From an uncultured delta proteobacterium (GTDB taxonomy: Bacteria; Myxococcota; Myxococcia; Myxococcales; Myxococcaceae), in NCBI GenBank assembly GCA_963771175.1, contig CAVYSY010000024.1, forward strand, positions 192,001-256,000: a stretch of 64,000 nucleotides of DNA, written 5' to 3'. The translations under genes and the position numbers were made by a program. The notes under the pieces are model-generated. The model did not search any database. It was not told where the DNA came from and saw only the letters and a list, made by a program, of their open reading frames with translations. Shown here piece by piece: positions 35,309 through 49,661 of the stretch. Within the stretch, counting starts at the first letter, position 1; each line of letters begins with the position of its first letter.

Positions 35309-37363
35309 ATGAAGCCCATGCTCCAGAATATCCTCTGCTGTGTCCTCCTGCTCCTCGCCATGCCGACCCCGGCCCTGGCCGACAGCGTCATCGTCGGACT
35401 GGTCGTCAGCGCCGAGAGCAAGAAGCCCATCCCAGACGTGGTCGTCACCGCGACCTCGCCCAGCCTCCGGGGTGAGCAGATCGTGGTCACGGACGCCCAG
35501 GGAGAATACCGCATCCCCCAGCTCCCGCCGGGCGTCTACTCCCTGCGGTTCGATAAGGAGAGGCACAAGCCATTCGTGCGCGCGGAGCTCCAGCTCCGTC
35601 CGGACCGCACCATCCGCGTGAACGTGGAGCTCCTCCCCGAGCCCTTCACCGAGGAGACCTCGGTGAGCGGCAAGCCCCCCACCATCGACGTCGGCTCCAC
35701 CAACACCGGCGTCAACGTCGACCAGGACTTCATCAAGCGCATCGCGGTGAACCGTCCGAGCGGCAAGGGAGGCGCGGCTCGCTCCTTCGAGAGCCTCTCC
35801 GAGCTGGCCCCGGGTGCCGATAGGACCCCCCGGATCCAGATCGGCAACTACCCGAGCCTGCACCAGACGCCGCCTCCCGAGCGCACCGTGGCGCCGCCTC
35901 CGCCTCCCGAGCGCACCGTGGCGCCGCCCCAGCAGCCCATCTTCGACATGTACTTCAAGGGCTACGGGGTGAACCCGACCATCGACACCGAGGAGGAGCG
36001 CTTCTCCACCTTCTCCGTGGACGTGGACAGCGCGTCCTACTCGCTCGCGCGCAATTTCCTGGAGCGGGGCTCACTTCCCGCTGAGCAGGCGGTGCGGGTG
36101 GAGGAGTTCGTGAACAGCTTCAACTACGGCTATGCGAGCGACCCCGAAGCCCCCTTCAGCGTGCATGTGGAGGGCTTCCCGTCTCCGAGCCGCAAGGGCT
36201 ACCACGTGGTGCACATCGGGCTGAAGGCGCGCGAGGTGAGCCACCAGGAGCGCAAGCCCTCCCACCTCATCTTCGTCATCGACGTGTCCGGCTCCATGAA
36301 CATCGAGAACCGGCTCGGGATGGTGAAGCGGGCGCTGCTGCTGCTGGTGAACCAGCTCGACGAGCGCGATCGGGTGTCCATCGTCGTCTATGGCTCGACC
36401 GCGCACCCGGTGCTGGAGCCCACGAGCGCCACCGAGAAGAAGAAGCTGCTCGCCGCCATCAACAGCCTCACCCCCGAGGGTTCCACCAACGCGCAGGCCG
36501 GCATCGAGCTGGGCTACCGCCTCGCCGCGAGCCACTTCATCGAGGGCGGCATCAACCGCATCATCCTGTGCTCGGACGGAGTGGCCAACAACGGCATCAC
36601 CGACGCGGACGGCATCTGGGAGCGGGTGCGTGGCCAGGCCGCGAAGGGCATCACCCTGACCACCGTGGGCTTCGGCATGGGCAACTACAATGACGTGCTG
36701 ATGGAGCGGCTGGCCCAGGTGGGCGAGGGCAACTACGCGTACGTGGACCGGCTGGAGGAGGCGCGCCGCATCTTCGTGCAGAACCTCACCGGCACCCTCC
36801 AGGTGGTGGCCAAGGACGTGAAGCTGCAACTGGAGTTCGACCGCCAGGCCGTGGCCCGCTACCGGCTGGTGGGCTACGAGAACCGGATGCTCACCAAGGA
36901 GCAGTTCTCCGATGACCGGGTGGATGCCGGCGAGGTGGGCGCGGGACATGCCGTCACCGCCATCTACGAGGTGAAGCTGCGCGAGCCTGGCGCCTCCTTC
37001 GGCACCCTGCGCATCCGCTACAAGGCGCCGGAAGGGGGCGACTCGCGACTGGTGGAGAAGGTGCTGCCCTCCAGCGTGCTCCGGTCGGCGTACAGCCGCG
37101 CCGCGCCTCCCACGCGCCTGTCCTACGTGGCGGCCGCCTTCGCCGAGAAGCTGCGGGGCTCCTACTGGGTGCGCACGCTCTCCTACGCGCAGCTCCTCTC
37201 GCTGTGGGACGAGCTGGGCCAGCCCCTGCGCGACCGGCCGGAGGTGAGGGAGCTCGGGTCCCTCATCGTCAAGGCCCAGGCGCTCGACCGGCGCGCCGAC
37301 CGCTTCGAGCAGTTCGCACCGGTGAGCACCATGGACTTCGACCGCGTCCCGGTCATCAAGTAG
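35309..37363 (+). CDS. Secreted YfbK-like vWA protein with N-terminal carboxypeptidase-regulatory-like domain
   Basis: Signal peptide, STFSVDVDSASY, VRVEEFVN, IDVSGSM, DAGEVGAGHAVTAIYE. Confidence 0.88.
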   Translation: MKPMLQNILCCVLLLLAMPTPALADSVIVGLVVSAESKKPIPDVVVTATSPSLRGEQIVVTDAQGEYRIPQLPPGVYSLRFDKERHKPFVRAELQLRPDRTIRVNVELLPEPFTEETSVSGKPPTIDVGSTNTGVNVDQDFIKRIAVNRPSGKGGAARSFESLSELAPGADRTPRIQIGNYPSLHQTPPPERTVAPPPPPERTVAPPQQPIFDMYFKGYGVNPTIDTEEERFSTFSVDVDSASYSLARNFLERGSLPAEQAVRVEEFVNSFNYGYASDPEAPFSVHVEGFPSPSRKGYHVVHIGLKAREVSHQERKPSHLIFVIDVSGSMNIENRLGMVKRALLLLVNQLDERDRVSIVVYGSTAHPVLEPTSATEKKKLLAAINSLTPEGSTNAQAGIELGYRLAASHFIEGGINRIILCSDGVANNGITDADGIWERVRGQAAKGITLTTVGFGMGNYNDVLMERLAQVGEGNYAYVDRLEEARRIFVQNLTGTLQVVAKDVKLQLEFDRQAVARYRLVGYENRMLTKEQFSDDRVDAGEVGAGHAVTAIYEVKLREPGASFGTLRIRYKAPEGGDSRLVEKVLPSSVLRSAYSRAAPPTRLSYVAAAFAEKLRGSYWVRTLSYAQLLSLWDELGQPLRDRPEVRELGSLIVKAQALDRRADRFEQFAPVSTMDFDRVPVIK
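35870..35928 (+). repeat. 30-bp tandem duplication (PPPERTVAPP x2)
   Basis: ccgcctcccgagcgcaccgtggcgccgcc repeated directly. Confidence 0.9.
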
Positions 37364-37372
37364 GCCCCTCGC

Positions 37373-39191
37373 ATGCTCCGCAGGCTGCTGCCCACCCTGG
37401 TTGCTCTCGTGCTCGGCCTCGCCGGGCTCGGGTGGGGTCTGTGGAACCTGCAGCGCATCTTCGCCACCGAGCGCGACGATGCCCGGGCCTCGCTCCGCTC
37501 CCGGCGCGAGGCCCTCGAGCAGTACGCCCTCGCCTCCCTGAGCCAGACGCTGAGGGAGAGGCTGGAGGCGGCACGGCCCCGGCTGGAGCTCGCCGCGACC
37601 GACCCGCTCGCCCCCGCCGAGGGACTCTACCTGCGCGAGCGCGGGGAGCAGGCACTGCCACGGCTGGCCCACAACGACCCGGGGCAGGACACCCCCGCCC
37701 GGGACCGGTACACGCGGCTGCGTGCCGGCACGGAGGCTCCCGACGAAGACGAAGGCCCGTGGGTGGAGCGACTCGCCCTGGTCATCACGGTGGAGCGGGC
37801 GCTCGTGCGGGAGGACGGGCGGACCACCACCGCGGCGCTCCTGGCCTTCCTCCAGCACCGGGCCCGGTACGTGCTCGCCTCCACGCGGGACGTGCCCTCC
37901 CTCCTCGTGGTGCTGGAGGCGCTGGCGGAGCGGGCCGACCCGATACCGGAGCTGATGCGGGCCCTGGTGCGCGAGGGGATGGAGGATGGGCAGGGGGGCC
38001 GACTGGACGGGCTGCAACGGCTGCTCCTCCTCAAGCGCTCGCGCTTCACCCGCGCTGACTTCGACTTCCTGCGCGAGCGCGTGGTGGCGCTGTCCACGCG
38101 GACGGGGACGCCGGTGATGGACTTCGAGGCACGCACCACGGAGCTGACCGCCGCGCCGCTGCCCCTGCCCGAGTCGCTCCCCGGCCCGGCGCTGGTGCGC
38201 TCCGGCTGGTACCTGGAACCGAAGGGCGAGGGCCATGCCCGGGGCGTGGCGGTGTCACCCGAGGCGCTGCTGGAGACACTCACCCGGGAGATGCGCGAGC
38301 GCGGCCTGCTCGGGCCCGAGGGGAATGTGCGCCTGCTCGGGACGGAGGAGGTGCTGCCGCTCGCGAGCCTGCGCCTGGGGGTGGAGACGCCCATGTGGGC
38401 GCGGGAGGAGTCGGCCCTGGAGCAGCGCTACCGGCTGAAGACGGGCATGGTGGGGGTGTGCGCGGTGCTCGCCCTCACCATCGCCGCGCTCGCCTTCCTC
38501 GGCCAGCAGCGCAAGTCCCGCTTCCTGGAGCTGCAAGAGCGACTTCGTGGCCACCGTCTCGCACGAGCTGCGCACGCCACTGGCCTCCATCCGGCTGCTC
38601 GCGGAGACACTGGAGTGGAGGCTGGCACAGGGCACCGAGGCCCGCGACTACCCCGCGCGCATCATCCACGAGGCGGACGGGTTGGGGTTCCTCGTGGAGA
38701 ACCTCCTGTCCTTCAACCGGATCGACAAGGGTCGCTGGGTGCCGCACCTCTCGCGCGTGCGGCTGGACGAGCTGGTGGCCACGCTGCGGCGCGACGTGGA
38801 GGCATGGGCTCAGGTGCCGGTGGAGCTGACGGCCGACGTGGGCGAGCGCGAGCTGAACGCGGACCCCCAGCTCCTGCGACTGCTGCTGGCCAACCTCGCG
38901 CGCAATGCCTGCGCCTACAACACGCGCAGCCCGGTGCGCCTGCACGTGGAGGCGCTCGCGGACGGACGGGTGCGCTTCTCGGACAACGGCGTGGGCATCC
39001 CCCAGGCGGAGTGGGAGCGCATCTTCGGCGAGTTCTACCGGCTGCGCGGCCAGGGGCGTGAGGTGCCCGGCAGCGGACTCGGCCTCGCCCTGTGCCAGCG
39101 CATCATGCGCCTGCACGGGGGCACCCTGCGCGTGGCGACCTCCAGCCCCGAGGGCACCACCTTCGAGCTCACCTTCCCGGAGCGGCGCTGA
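37373..39191 (+). CDS. Membrane sensor histidine kinase (single frameshift near 38533)
   Basis: Two TM segments, then FVATVSHELRTPL, DNGVGI, GSGLGL after removing one base. Confidence 0.87.
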
Positions 39192-39893
39192 ATGAACTCC
39201 CCTGCCCCCGCCATCCTCCTCGTGGAGGACGACCTCAACCTGCGGCTCGCGCTGCGCGACAACCTGGAGAACCAAGGTGGATACGCCGTGGAGGAGGCGG
39301 CCACCGTGGCCGAGGCCCGCGCGCACCTGGCCCGGCGCATCTTCCAGCTCATCCTGCTGGACGTGATGCTGCCGGACGGGGACGGTTACACGCTGTGCCG
39401 GAGCCTGCGCCAGGAGGGGGTGACGACCCCGGTGCTGATGCTCACCGCGCGCACCCTCGAGGACGACGTGGTGCGGGGCTTCGAAGCGGGCGCGCAGGAC
39501 TACCTGGGCAAGCCCTACCGCCTGCGAGAGTTGCTCGCGCGCGTGGGGGCGCTGGTGCGGCGCGGCGGCGGAGTGCCCGTGCAGATGCTGCGCTTCGCGG
39601 GTTATCGGATGGACCTCGACCGGCGCAAGGTGGAGACGCCCGACGGGAAGGCGGTGGAGCTGACCCGCACCGAGTTCGACCTGCTCGCCTTCTTCGTGCG
39701 TGAGCGCGAGCGCGTGCTGCGCCGGGATGAGCTCCTGGACGCGGTGTGGGGCCGCGACGTCGTCGTGGACCCGCACACCGTGGACAACTTCGTCTCCAGC
39801 CTCAAGCGCAAGCTGGGATGGAACAGCGCCTCGCGATTCGCCCTCCAGACGGTGCGCGGCGTGGGCTACCGCATGGAGATAGAGGGCTCTTGA
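39192..39893 (+). CDS. OmpR-family response regulator
   Basis: ILLVEDD, LLDVMLP, KPY, winged helix TVRGVGYR. Confidence 0.95.
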   Translation: MNSPAPAILLVEDDLNLRLALRDNLENQGGYAVEEAATVAEARAHLARRIFQLILLDVMLPDGDGYTLCRSLRQEGVTTPVLMLTARTLEDDVVRGFEAGAQDYLGKPYRLRELLARVGALVRRGGGVPVQMLRFAGYRMDLDRRKVETPDGKAVELTRTEFDLLAFFVRERERVLRRDELLDAVWGRDVVVDPHTVDNFVSSLKRKLGWNSASRFALQTVRGVGYRMEIEGS

Positions 39894-39911
39894 GTCCCTC
39901 CTGGGGGTAGC

Positions 39912-40511
39912 ATGCGCCCCGTGAGTACGGCGGGCGCCCTCCTCTTCCTGCTGCTGCTGGCCCTCCTCCTGGCGGGGATGCTGTCCATCGTCTTCCACTC
40001 GCTGCGGACCGGCATCTCCCCCATGCCAACCTCGGGGAAGGTCCGCCGCCAGTTGCTCTCCCTGCTTCCCCCGGACCTGGAGGGCACCGTGCTCGAGCTG
40101 GGCTCCGGCTGGGGGACACTGGCCTTCGCGCTGGCGGACCGCTGCCCTCGCGCCCAGGTGGTGGCCTTCGAGCTGTCTCCCCTCCCCTACGCCTTCTCGC
40201 GGCTGCGCCAGCGCCTCGCCCCACGCGCCAACCTCCGGCTCGCGCGCGAGGACTTCTTCCGCGCTCCCTTCTCGGGGGCCTCGGTCGTCGTCTGCTACCT
40301 CTTCCCCGGCGCCATGACGCGGCTGGCGCCCAAGCTGTCCGGGGAGCTCGCCCCGGGCACGCGCATCCTCAGCCACACCTTCGCGCTCCGAGGGTGGAAG
40401 CCCCTCCGTACCCTCGTGGTCGACGACCTGTACCGCACCCCCATCTACCTCTACGAGGTGCCGGCCCGGGAGGGCGGTTCCGAGGCACCTGGCGCCGGAC
40501 CTGGAGGGTAG
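39912..40511 (+). CDS. Membrane-anchored class I SAM methyltransferase
   Basis: N-terminal TM, ISPMPTS, VLELGSGWG, CYLFP. Confidence 0.85.
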   Translation: MRPVSTAGALLFLLLLALLLAGMLSIVFHSLRTGISPMPTSGKVRRQLLSLLPPDLEGTVLELGSGWGTLAFALADRCPRAQVVAFELSPLPYAFSRLRQRLAPRANLRLAREDFFRAPFSGASVVVCYLFPGAMTRLAPKLSGELAPGTRILSHTFALRGWKPLRTLVVDDLYRTPIYLYEVPAREGGSEAPGAGPGG

Positions 40512-40643
40512 CCCGCGCGTCCGACTTCCCTCGGAGGTCAGGCGGCGAATCCGCCCTCTCCGGTCCTCTATTCATGTCAGACCCAACGGATACGATTCCT
40601 CTCGTCGCCGCGAGGGAAACGCGGCGCGCAAAGGGAGAGACTC

Positions 40644-41734
40644 GTGGCTGACATCGCGGACGGCGCCCAGGTCGAGATGCAGGGCTCCGGCGCCAAGCCG
40701 TACGTGCTGAAGAACGTCGGCGGCGTGTACTCGTGCACGTGCCCGGCCTGGCGGAACCAGTCCGTCGCCATCGAGCGGCGCACGTGCAAGCACCTGCGCA
40801 AGCTCCGCGGCGATGCGGCCGAGGACGCCCGGGTGGGCGCCTCGGCGCCAGCGCTCCGGCCGAACGGTGACGCGCAACGTCCGCCCCGGGCGAGCGCGAG
40901 CGACACCGGCGAGGACACCGCGCCGCCCCGCCGCTGCTGCTGGCGCAGACCTGGGACAACGACGTCGACCTGACCGGCTGGTGGATGAGCGAGAAGCTCG
41001 ACGGCGTGCGCGCCTACTGGGACGGCAAGCAGTTCCTGTCGCGCCAGGGCAACCTCTACCACGCCCCCGACTGGTTCACCGCGGGGCTGCCCGACCACGC
41101 CGCTCGACGGCGAGCTGTGGGTCGGCCGCAAGAAGTTCCAGCGCACGGTGAGCATCGTGCGGCGGCAGGACAAGAGCGACCACTGGAAGGAGGTCGCTTC
41201 GTCGTCTTCGACGCGCCGGCGGATCGACGGCGCCTTCGAGGAGCGGCTCGCGCACTGCCAGCAGTACGTGCGAGGACATGGCGCCGCCGTACGCCGACTG
41301 GCTGCGAGCACGAGCCGCTGCCAGGGCCTGGCGCACCTGCGCGAGGAGCTGGCCCGGGTGGAGGCGCTCGGCGGCGAGGGGCTGATGCTGCGCCAGCCCG
41401 GCTCGCGCTACGAGGCCGGCCGCTCGTCCACGCTGCTGAAGGTCAAGACCTTCCACGACGCCGAGGCGCTCGTGGTGGGCCACTGGCCGGGCACGGGCAG
41501 GCACAAGGGGCGGCTGGGGGCGCTGGTGGTGGAGCTGCCCGACGGCACCGAGCTTCTCGGTGGGCACCGGCTTCTCCGACGCGGAGCGCGAGAACCCGCC
41601 CGCCCTCGGCACGCATCATCACGTTCCGCTACCAGGAGCTCTCCGACGGCGGCGTGCCGCGCTTCCCCTCGTACGTGGGGGTGCGCATCGACGCCGCGCC
41701 CTTCGAGGTCGTGGCCCGGCGCAAGCGCGCCTGA
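40644..41734 (+). CDS. ATP-dependent DNA ligase with N-terminal SWIM zinc finger (frameshifted)
   Basis: YSCTCPAW..CKH; SEKLDGVRAYWDG (KxDG), EGLMLR, LLKVK, GTGFSD, PRFP. Confidence 0.87.
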
Positions 41735-41765
41735 GCCGGAGGCCAGTAACGACCCCGTCCAAAAG

Positions 41766-41796
41766 CCACGGAACCAGGAGCGTGCTGGTTCCGTGG
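41766..41796. terminator. Hairpin between convergent ligase and protease genes
   Basis: CCACGGAACCAG-N7-CTGGTTCCGTGG perfect 12-bp stem. Confidence 0.6.
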
Positions 41797-41852
41797 GTCT
41801 CCAATGACGGGCGCTTCAGCGGGCCGCCCTGCCCCACTGGAAGGTGGCGCGA

Positions 41853-43146
41853 CTACTTCTTGTCCTGCGCCGTCTCGACAGAGGGGCGGAAGGTGGGGTC
41901 GAGGAAGCCGGAGAACATCAGCCGGTTGGGCGAGCACTTGCCCGGGTTGCCCACCTTGCCAGTCGTGGAGTTGTCGACCAGCGCGGAGGTCACGGCGGCG
42001 GGCGTGGCGGAGGCGTTGCGCTCCAGGAAGAGCGCGGCGACACCGGCCACGTGCGGAGAGGCCATCGAGGTGCCACTGAGGACTCGGGTGGAAGCGTCAT
42101 CGGTGGGCCAGGCGGAGAGGATCTGGTTACCCGGGGCGAAGACGTCCACGCAGCTCCCCCAATTGGAGAAGGAGGCACGCACGTCGTTGTTGCTGGTGGC
42201 GCCCACGGTGATGGCCTCGGGCGTGCGAGCCGGGGAGCGCGTGCAGGCGTCCGCGTTCTCGTTGCCCGCCGCGACCACGAAGGTGACTCCCGAGGCGACG
42301 GCCCGACGGACCGCGTCATCGACCGCATCGCTCTTGCCGCCTCCCAGGCTCATGTTGGCCACCGCGGGGAGCTGCCGGTTGTTGGCCACCCAGTCCACGC
42401 CGGCGATCACCCCGGCGTACGAGCCGGAGCCCGCGCAGTCGAGCACGCGCACCGCATGGAGCTGGACGCCCTTGGCGACCCCGTAGACATTGCCTCCCAC
42501 GGTGGCGGCCACGTGCGTGCCATGCCCGTTGCAGTCATTGCCCTTCTGGCCATCCTCGATGGAATCGAAGCTGAACTCCGCACGCCCACCGAACTCGCTG
42601 TGCGAGAATGCGGATGCCCGTGTCGATGATGTAGGCATGCACGCCCCGGCCGTTGGCGTTGTAGAGGTAGGTCCGGTCCAGCGGCAGGTCGTGCTGATCG
42701 AGCCGGTCGATGCCCCAGGTGGCCTCGGGCTGGCTCTCGATGATGGACATCACCCCGTTCTGCTCCACGTACTCCACCTCGGGGGCGGCGGCCATTGCCC
42801 GGGCCTGCTCCTCGGTCATGCGGCTCGCGAAGCCCCGCAGCGCATGCTCGTACGTGAAGAACACGCTGCCGCCGAACCGCGCCGTGAGGTTCTCGGCGAC
42901 CATCGCGGACTTGAGCGACTTCTCGCCCAGAGCGGGCGCCTTGAGGACGACGATGTACTCACCCGGCACCGCCCGTGCGGCGGTGATGAACTTCTCCTGG
43001 CGGGCCTGGGACTCGATGACCTTGGCCTGGGGGCAGGGATCCGAGGGCGGAGTGGTGGGGTCGGGAATGTTCTTCGCCGGACACGCCACCAGAAGGGACA
43101 GGGACACGGCGCAGAGAGACACTCCCGACACTGCTTGGAAACGCAT
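41853..43146 (-). CDS. Subtilisin-like S8 serine protease lipoprotein with I9 prodomain (aqualysin/proteinase K-like; frameshift near 42608)
   Basis: Lipobox LVAC, IIDTG, HGTHVA, GTSMASPHVAG. Confidence 0.9.
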
Positions 43147-43293
43147 GCATTCCCCCAAGGAGAGGCAATCACTGGACTGCCGGTTTCATTGTACAGTGAC
43201 GCCTGACGGTTCCCTGGCGTGACAGGCATCCGCGTCACACGTTCAACAATGGACGCGTGGCGTGGCAGCCGACCGAGTGTCTACCATTGGACA

Positions 43294-44578
43294 CTATTTC
43301 GCGGGCGGCGGCGCCAGGGCCTTGGGGGGCTCGGAAGGGGCCTCGCGTTTGAAGGGACTCCAGGACACCACCACCTCCTTGCCGGTGGCGTCGTGTCCAT
43401 ACAGGAAGTCGAGGATCTGTTTGATCTCGGCGGAGGACTCGGCGGGGCTCACGGTCACGTGGCCACGGAAGCCCCCGTGCTCGAGGGTCTCTTCCACGCG
43501 GATCACCTCGCGCCAGTCGCGCGTGGTGACGTCCGCCTGATCGTCCCAGTGCAGGAGGATGCGCTCGAGACGCTCCCAGGTGATGTCTATCTTTTCCGGG
43601 GCGCGCACCACCACGTCACTCCGCCAGCCACCGCCTTCGGGGTTGGGGCGCCAGCGGGAGATGCGCAGGTCGACGGGAGGTGGAACATCGGAGGGAGGCT
43701 GACCGCGAGTCAGCGCGAACGCCGTGGCCTCCAGCGGCCCGCCCCGCTCGAGTCGGGCCTGGAGCCTCACGGTGAAGCTCTTGATTTCGTGGGCGCCGAG
43801 TCCCTGGAGCGGATAGGCGTGCTCGACGATGGGCTCGGCCGTGGTCGCGGTGGAGCCATCGCCGAAGTCCCACACGTACGCCGTGACACGCTCGCCGCCC
43901 TGGTACAGCGCCTGGAACGTGAAGGTCCCCTGCCCTCGCTGGGTGACGCCGAGGCGAAGCGGTTCGTGCCGCTGGCCCTCGCCCTCGCCGCACGAGCGCA
44001 CGTCGATCTCCACATCTCGCTCGGCCAGCACACCGACGCGCCTCCCTCCGAGGTCCGTGCAGACCTGGAAGCGCACGCGGTACGAGCCAGCCGTCATGGG
44101 GGCCCGCCACTGGAGCGTCGGGCCGGGGTGCAATTCGGCGCCGCCTCCGGCGACGGGCCAGACCCAGCGGTAGACAGCACCCGGCTCGGGCTCACCGCCG
44201 ATGCGGGCGGACAGACCCATGGATTCACCCGCGCACACCCAGGGCCGATCCTTGTCGAGACCCTCGACCACCATGCTGGACGCGAGCGACACCCGCTCCT
44301 CGTGGAGGGCCGAGGAGAGCGCGTCCCCCGACGTGGCGGGCGACACGGGCACACGCGGGGCGGGCACGGGGGTCGGCGGAACCGGAGCTGCCGGGGACGA
44401 CTCCACCCTTGCGGGGGGGCCACCCTCGATGACACGAATGGGAGGAGGAGGCCCGGCAGGCTCCCGCCGCGGCCATAGGGTGACGGCGAGCACCATCACC
44501 ATGGCCATGACCGCGAGCCCCACGACGGCGCCAGCGCGAGCCCTGGCGCCGGGGCGTCCCGAGATTCCTGGTGGCATG
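43294..44578 (-). CDS. Membrane-anchored PKD-domain protein
   Basis: N-terminal TM, Pro-rich linker, YVWDFGDGS PKD motif; start could be 44592. Confidence 0.7.
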
Positions 44579-44598
44579 GGCGCGTTCCGCACGGCGCG

Positions 44599-45402
44599 CT
44601 AGAACCCGAAGTCGTTCAGGTGGCGGCGATAGCCTTGCGAGTTGGGCCGGTACCACTGGTCATCCCAGCCCTTGAACTCCACGTCATCGAGCAGGCGCTC
44701 GGTCTTGCCATTGAAGGAGACCTGGTTGATCAACTGCACCGCCGTCGAGCCCACGTTCCGGGAGACGAGCCGATCCGTGGTGTCGAGGTATTGGTAGGCA
44801 TAACGGCTGCAGTAGTCCTGGTAGAAGCAACCATTGTCGCAGGTGCTCAGGTTGTTGTAGGTGGCGTGCTTGTCCTCGGCGACGTAGAGCGTGGGCCAGC
44901 CGCGATAGGCATTGCGCGAATCGCTGGCCGTGTCGTACTCGAGCTGGGAATACGAGTACCACGCCGACGAGTCACAGCTGCTCTTGCGGTGGGCGGACAG
45001 GTAGGCCCAATCGAGGTACCACCTGCCACCGGAGTAATGGAGCTCCAGGAGCTGGAACTCGGGGTCTCCGTCGTGGCCGGTGGTGACGCCGGAGTCCTCG
45101 AAGAAGGTGTCCATGTAGAAGACCTGCAGCGTGCGGGTGGAGAAGCTGGTGCTCTTCACCGCGTAGTAGGGACGCCGGGCATGGCCGCTCTCTCCGGTGT
45201 CGAACCAGAAGAGGGGCATGAACCAGTAGGCGAGCTGGTACTCGCAGTCATCGTTGAGTCCGTCCTGGTCGGCGTCGGTGCCGGTGCCCCAGCAGTTGTC
45301 ACCATAGGGGATGTTTCCGAGACCATCGGCACGGGCCGGCGTTCCCTTCAGGGCAAGCAACAATCCCAACGACACGACTGCGATTCTGGCGATGCGGGCC
45401 AT
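44599..45402 (-). CDS. Secreted Cys-containing protein, Vps62/NPP1-like motifs
   Basis: Signal peptide, [34 protein letters not shown]. Confidence 0.6.
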   Translation of the reverse strand: MARIARIAVVSLGLLLALKGTPARADGLGNIPYGDNCWGTGTDADQDGLNDDCEYQLAYWFMPLFWFDTGESGHARRPYYAVKSTSFSTRTLQVFYMDTFFEDSGVTTGHDGDPEFQLLELHYSGGRWYLDWAYLSAHRKSSCDSSAWYSYSQLEYDTASDSRNAYRGWPTLYVAEDKHATYNNLSTCDNGCFYQDYCSRYAYQYLDTTDRLVSRNVGSTAVQLINQVSFNGKTERLLDDVEFKGWDDQWYRPNSQGYRRHLNDFGF

Positions 45403-45681
45403 TCGAGTCCTCCGGGGTGGGGGGGACCGCGAATGCTACACGCCATCGGCCGCTTCAGGAGAGGCGTGGGGCCCGCTTTTCGTCGTCTCGGGACGGGAAG
45501 TCCGGCAGGCCACGGCCATCCACCCGTGGACCCGAGAGGGGCCATGGCCGTCCCCAAGGAGGGCACCCGGGCGGATTGCGGTCTGCCCGTGAATCGCGGC
45601 GGCGCTGGCTTCATCGCGCCGTTATGGCCATCCCCTTGAATTTACTTCTGAATCCCACCCAGTCCTGTAGAGAATGGCCAC

Positions 45682-48067
<2,386 letters not shown>

Positions 48068-48083
48068 CGCCGCGCCGGCACGA

Positions 48084-48116
48084 GAAGAAGGCGGGAGGAG
48101 ACCTCCTGCCTTCTTC
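48084..48116. terminator. Hairpin between convergent genes
   Basis: GAAGAAGGCGGGAGG-aga-CCTCCTGCCTTCTTC. Confidence 0.65.
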
Positions 48117-48133
48117 CCCGCCGCCGTGGAGGC

Positions 48134-49661
48134 TCAGCCGCCCTTGGGGAAGGAGCGGCAGGCCTCGTCGTAGTCCTTCCACCAGCCCTCGAGGGCCTTG
48201 AGGTCGGTGGGGCGCGGCTCGTCGCCGCCGCCCGCCATGCTCAGGTAGTCGTGCAGCAGCGGCCGGAAGTGCGGGTGCGCGCAGCGGTCGATGATGTCCA
48301 CGGCGCGGCGCCGGGCGAGCGGATCTCCGTGTTGAGCGCGAAGCCCTGCTCGGTGACGACGCACTTGATGTCGTGCTCGGTGTGGTCGATGTGCCGCACG
48401 TACGGCATCACGCAGCTCACCGTGCGCCCGTCCTTGCAGCTGCCGCATCGACGGCGTGTGCACGATGCTGAGGTAGGCGTTGCGGAAGAAGTCGCCGCTG
48501 CCGCCCAGCCCGTTGACGATGCGCGAGCCGTCGATGTGCGTCGAGTTGACGTGGCCGTAGATGTCCACCTCGATCGGCGTGTTCATCGCGATGACGAACA
48601 GCCGCGAGATGAGCTCCGGGCAGTTGGACAGCCACATCGGCCGCAGCACCAGCTTGTCGCGGCAGCGGTCGAACAGCTCGCTCGAACTCGCTGCGCCCCT
48701 CGGCCGAGAAGGAGACCGCGGTCGCCGAGGCGCACTCGAACTTCTCGTCGTCCTCGACGTAGCGCATCATCCCGTCCTGGAACACCTCGGTCCAGAAGCG
48801 GATCTTCTGGAAGGGCGAGTCGTAGAGCTCGCCGACGATGGCGTTGGCCACGTTGCCCACCCCGGACTGGATGGGCGGCAGGCGCTTGCCCCAGTCGAAC
48901 CGCTCGCGGCAGCTGCAGGAGGAAGTCGATGACGTTCTGGGCGATGCGGCGGTCGGTGTCGCTCGCCGCCTTGAAGGGCACCGGGTAGTCGGGCGTGCTG
49001 CGACTCGACGACCGCCACCACCTTGCGCGTGGTCGAACTCGACGTAGGGCGTGCCGATGCGGTCGCGCACGTTGACGATCGGCAGCGGCCAGCCCACGTG
49101 CGGGTGCACCGGCGGGCAGCGACGATGTCGTGGAAGCCGGTGTAGTCCGGCACCGCGGTGTTCACCTCGAGGATGATCTTCTTGGCCTTGGCCAGCGCCT
49201 CGGCGGAGATGCCCACCGACGAGGTGAGGATGACGCTGCCGTCCGGGCGGATGCGCGAGACCTCGACCACCGCCACGTCGATGTCGCCGTAGAAGCCGTA
49301 CATCAGGTTGCGCGCGAAGACCGACAGGTGGACGTCGGTGAAGTCCATCTCGCCCGCGTGGATGAGCTTGCGCGAGGCGGCCGAGGACATGTACGGCCCG
49401 CGCTTGCGCGATGAAGGGCGCGATCGGGTTCTCGACCTCGTCCGAGAGCGAGGCGCCGCTGAGCAGGGTGATGCGGGTGTCGGGCGCGGTCTCCGCGAGG
49501 TGCCGGGCCAGCGCCGGGAGGAAGATCTTGGGCTCGCCCGACTTGGTGAAGCCGCTGATGGCCACGGTGTTGCCGTCGGTGACGTGCTTGACCGCCTCCT
49601 CGACCGGCACGACCTTGGCCAGCAGCTCCGCGTTCTCGATTCGCTCCTGAAGTGTGCTCAT
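48134..49661 (-). CDS. Acetyl-CoA hydrolase/succinate CoA-transferase family (heavily frameshifted)
   Basis: [50 protein letters not shown]. Confidence 0.85.
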
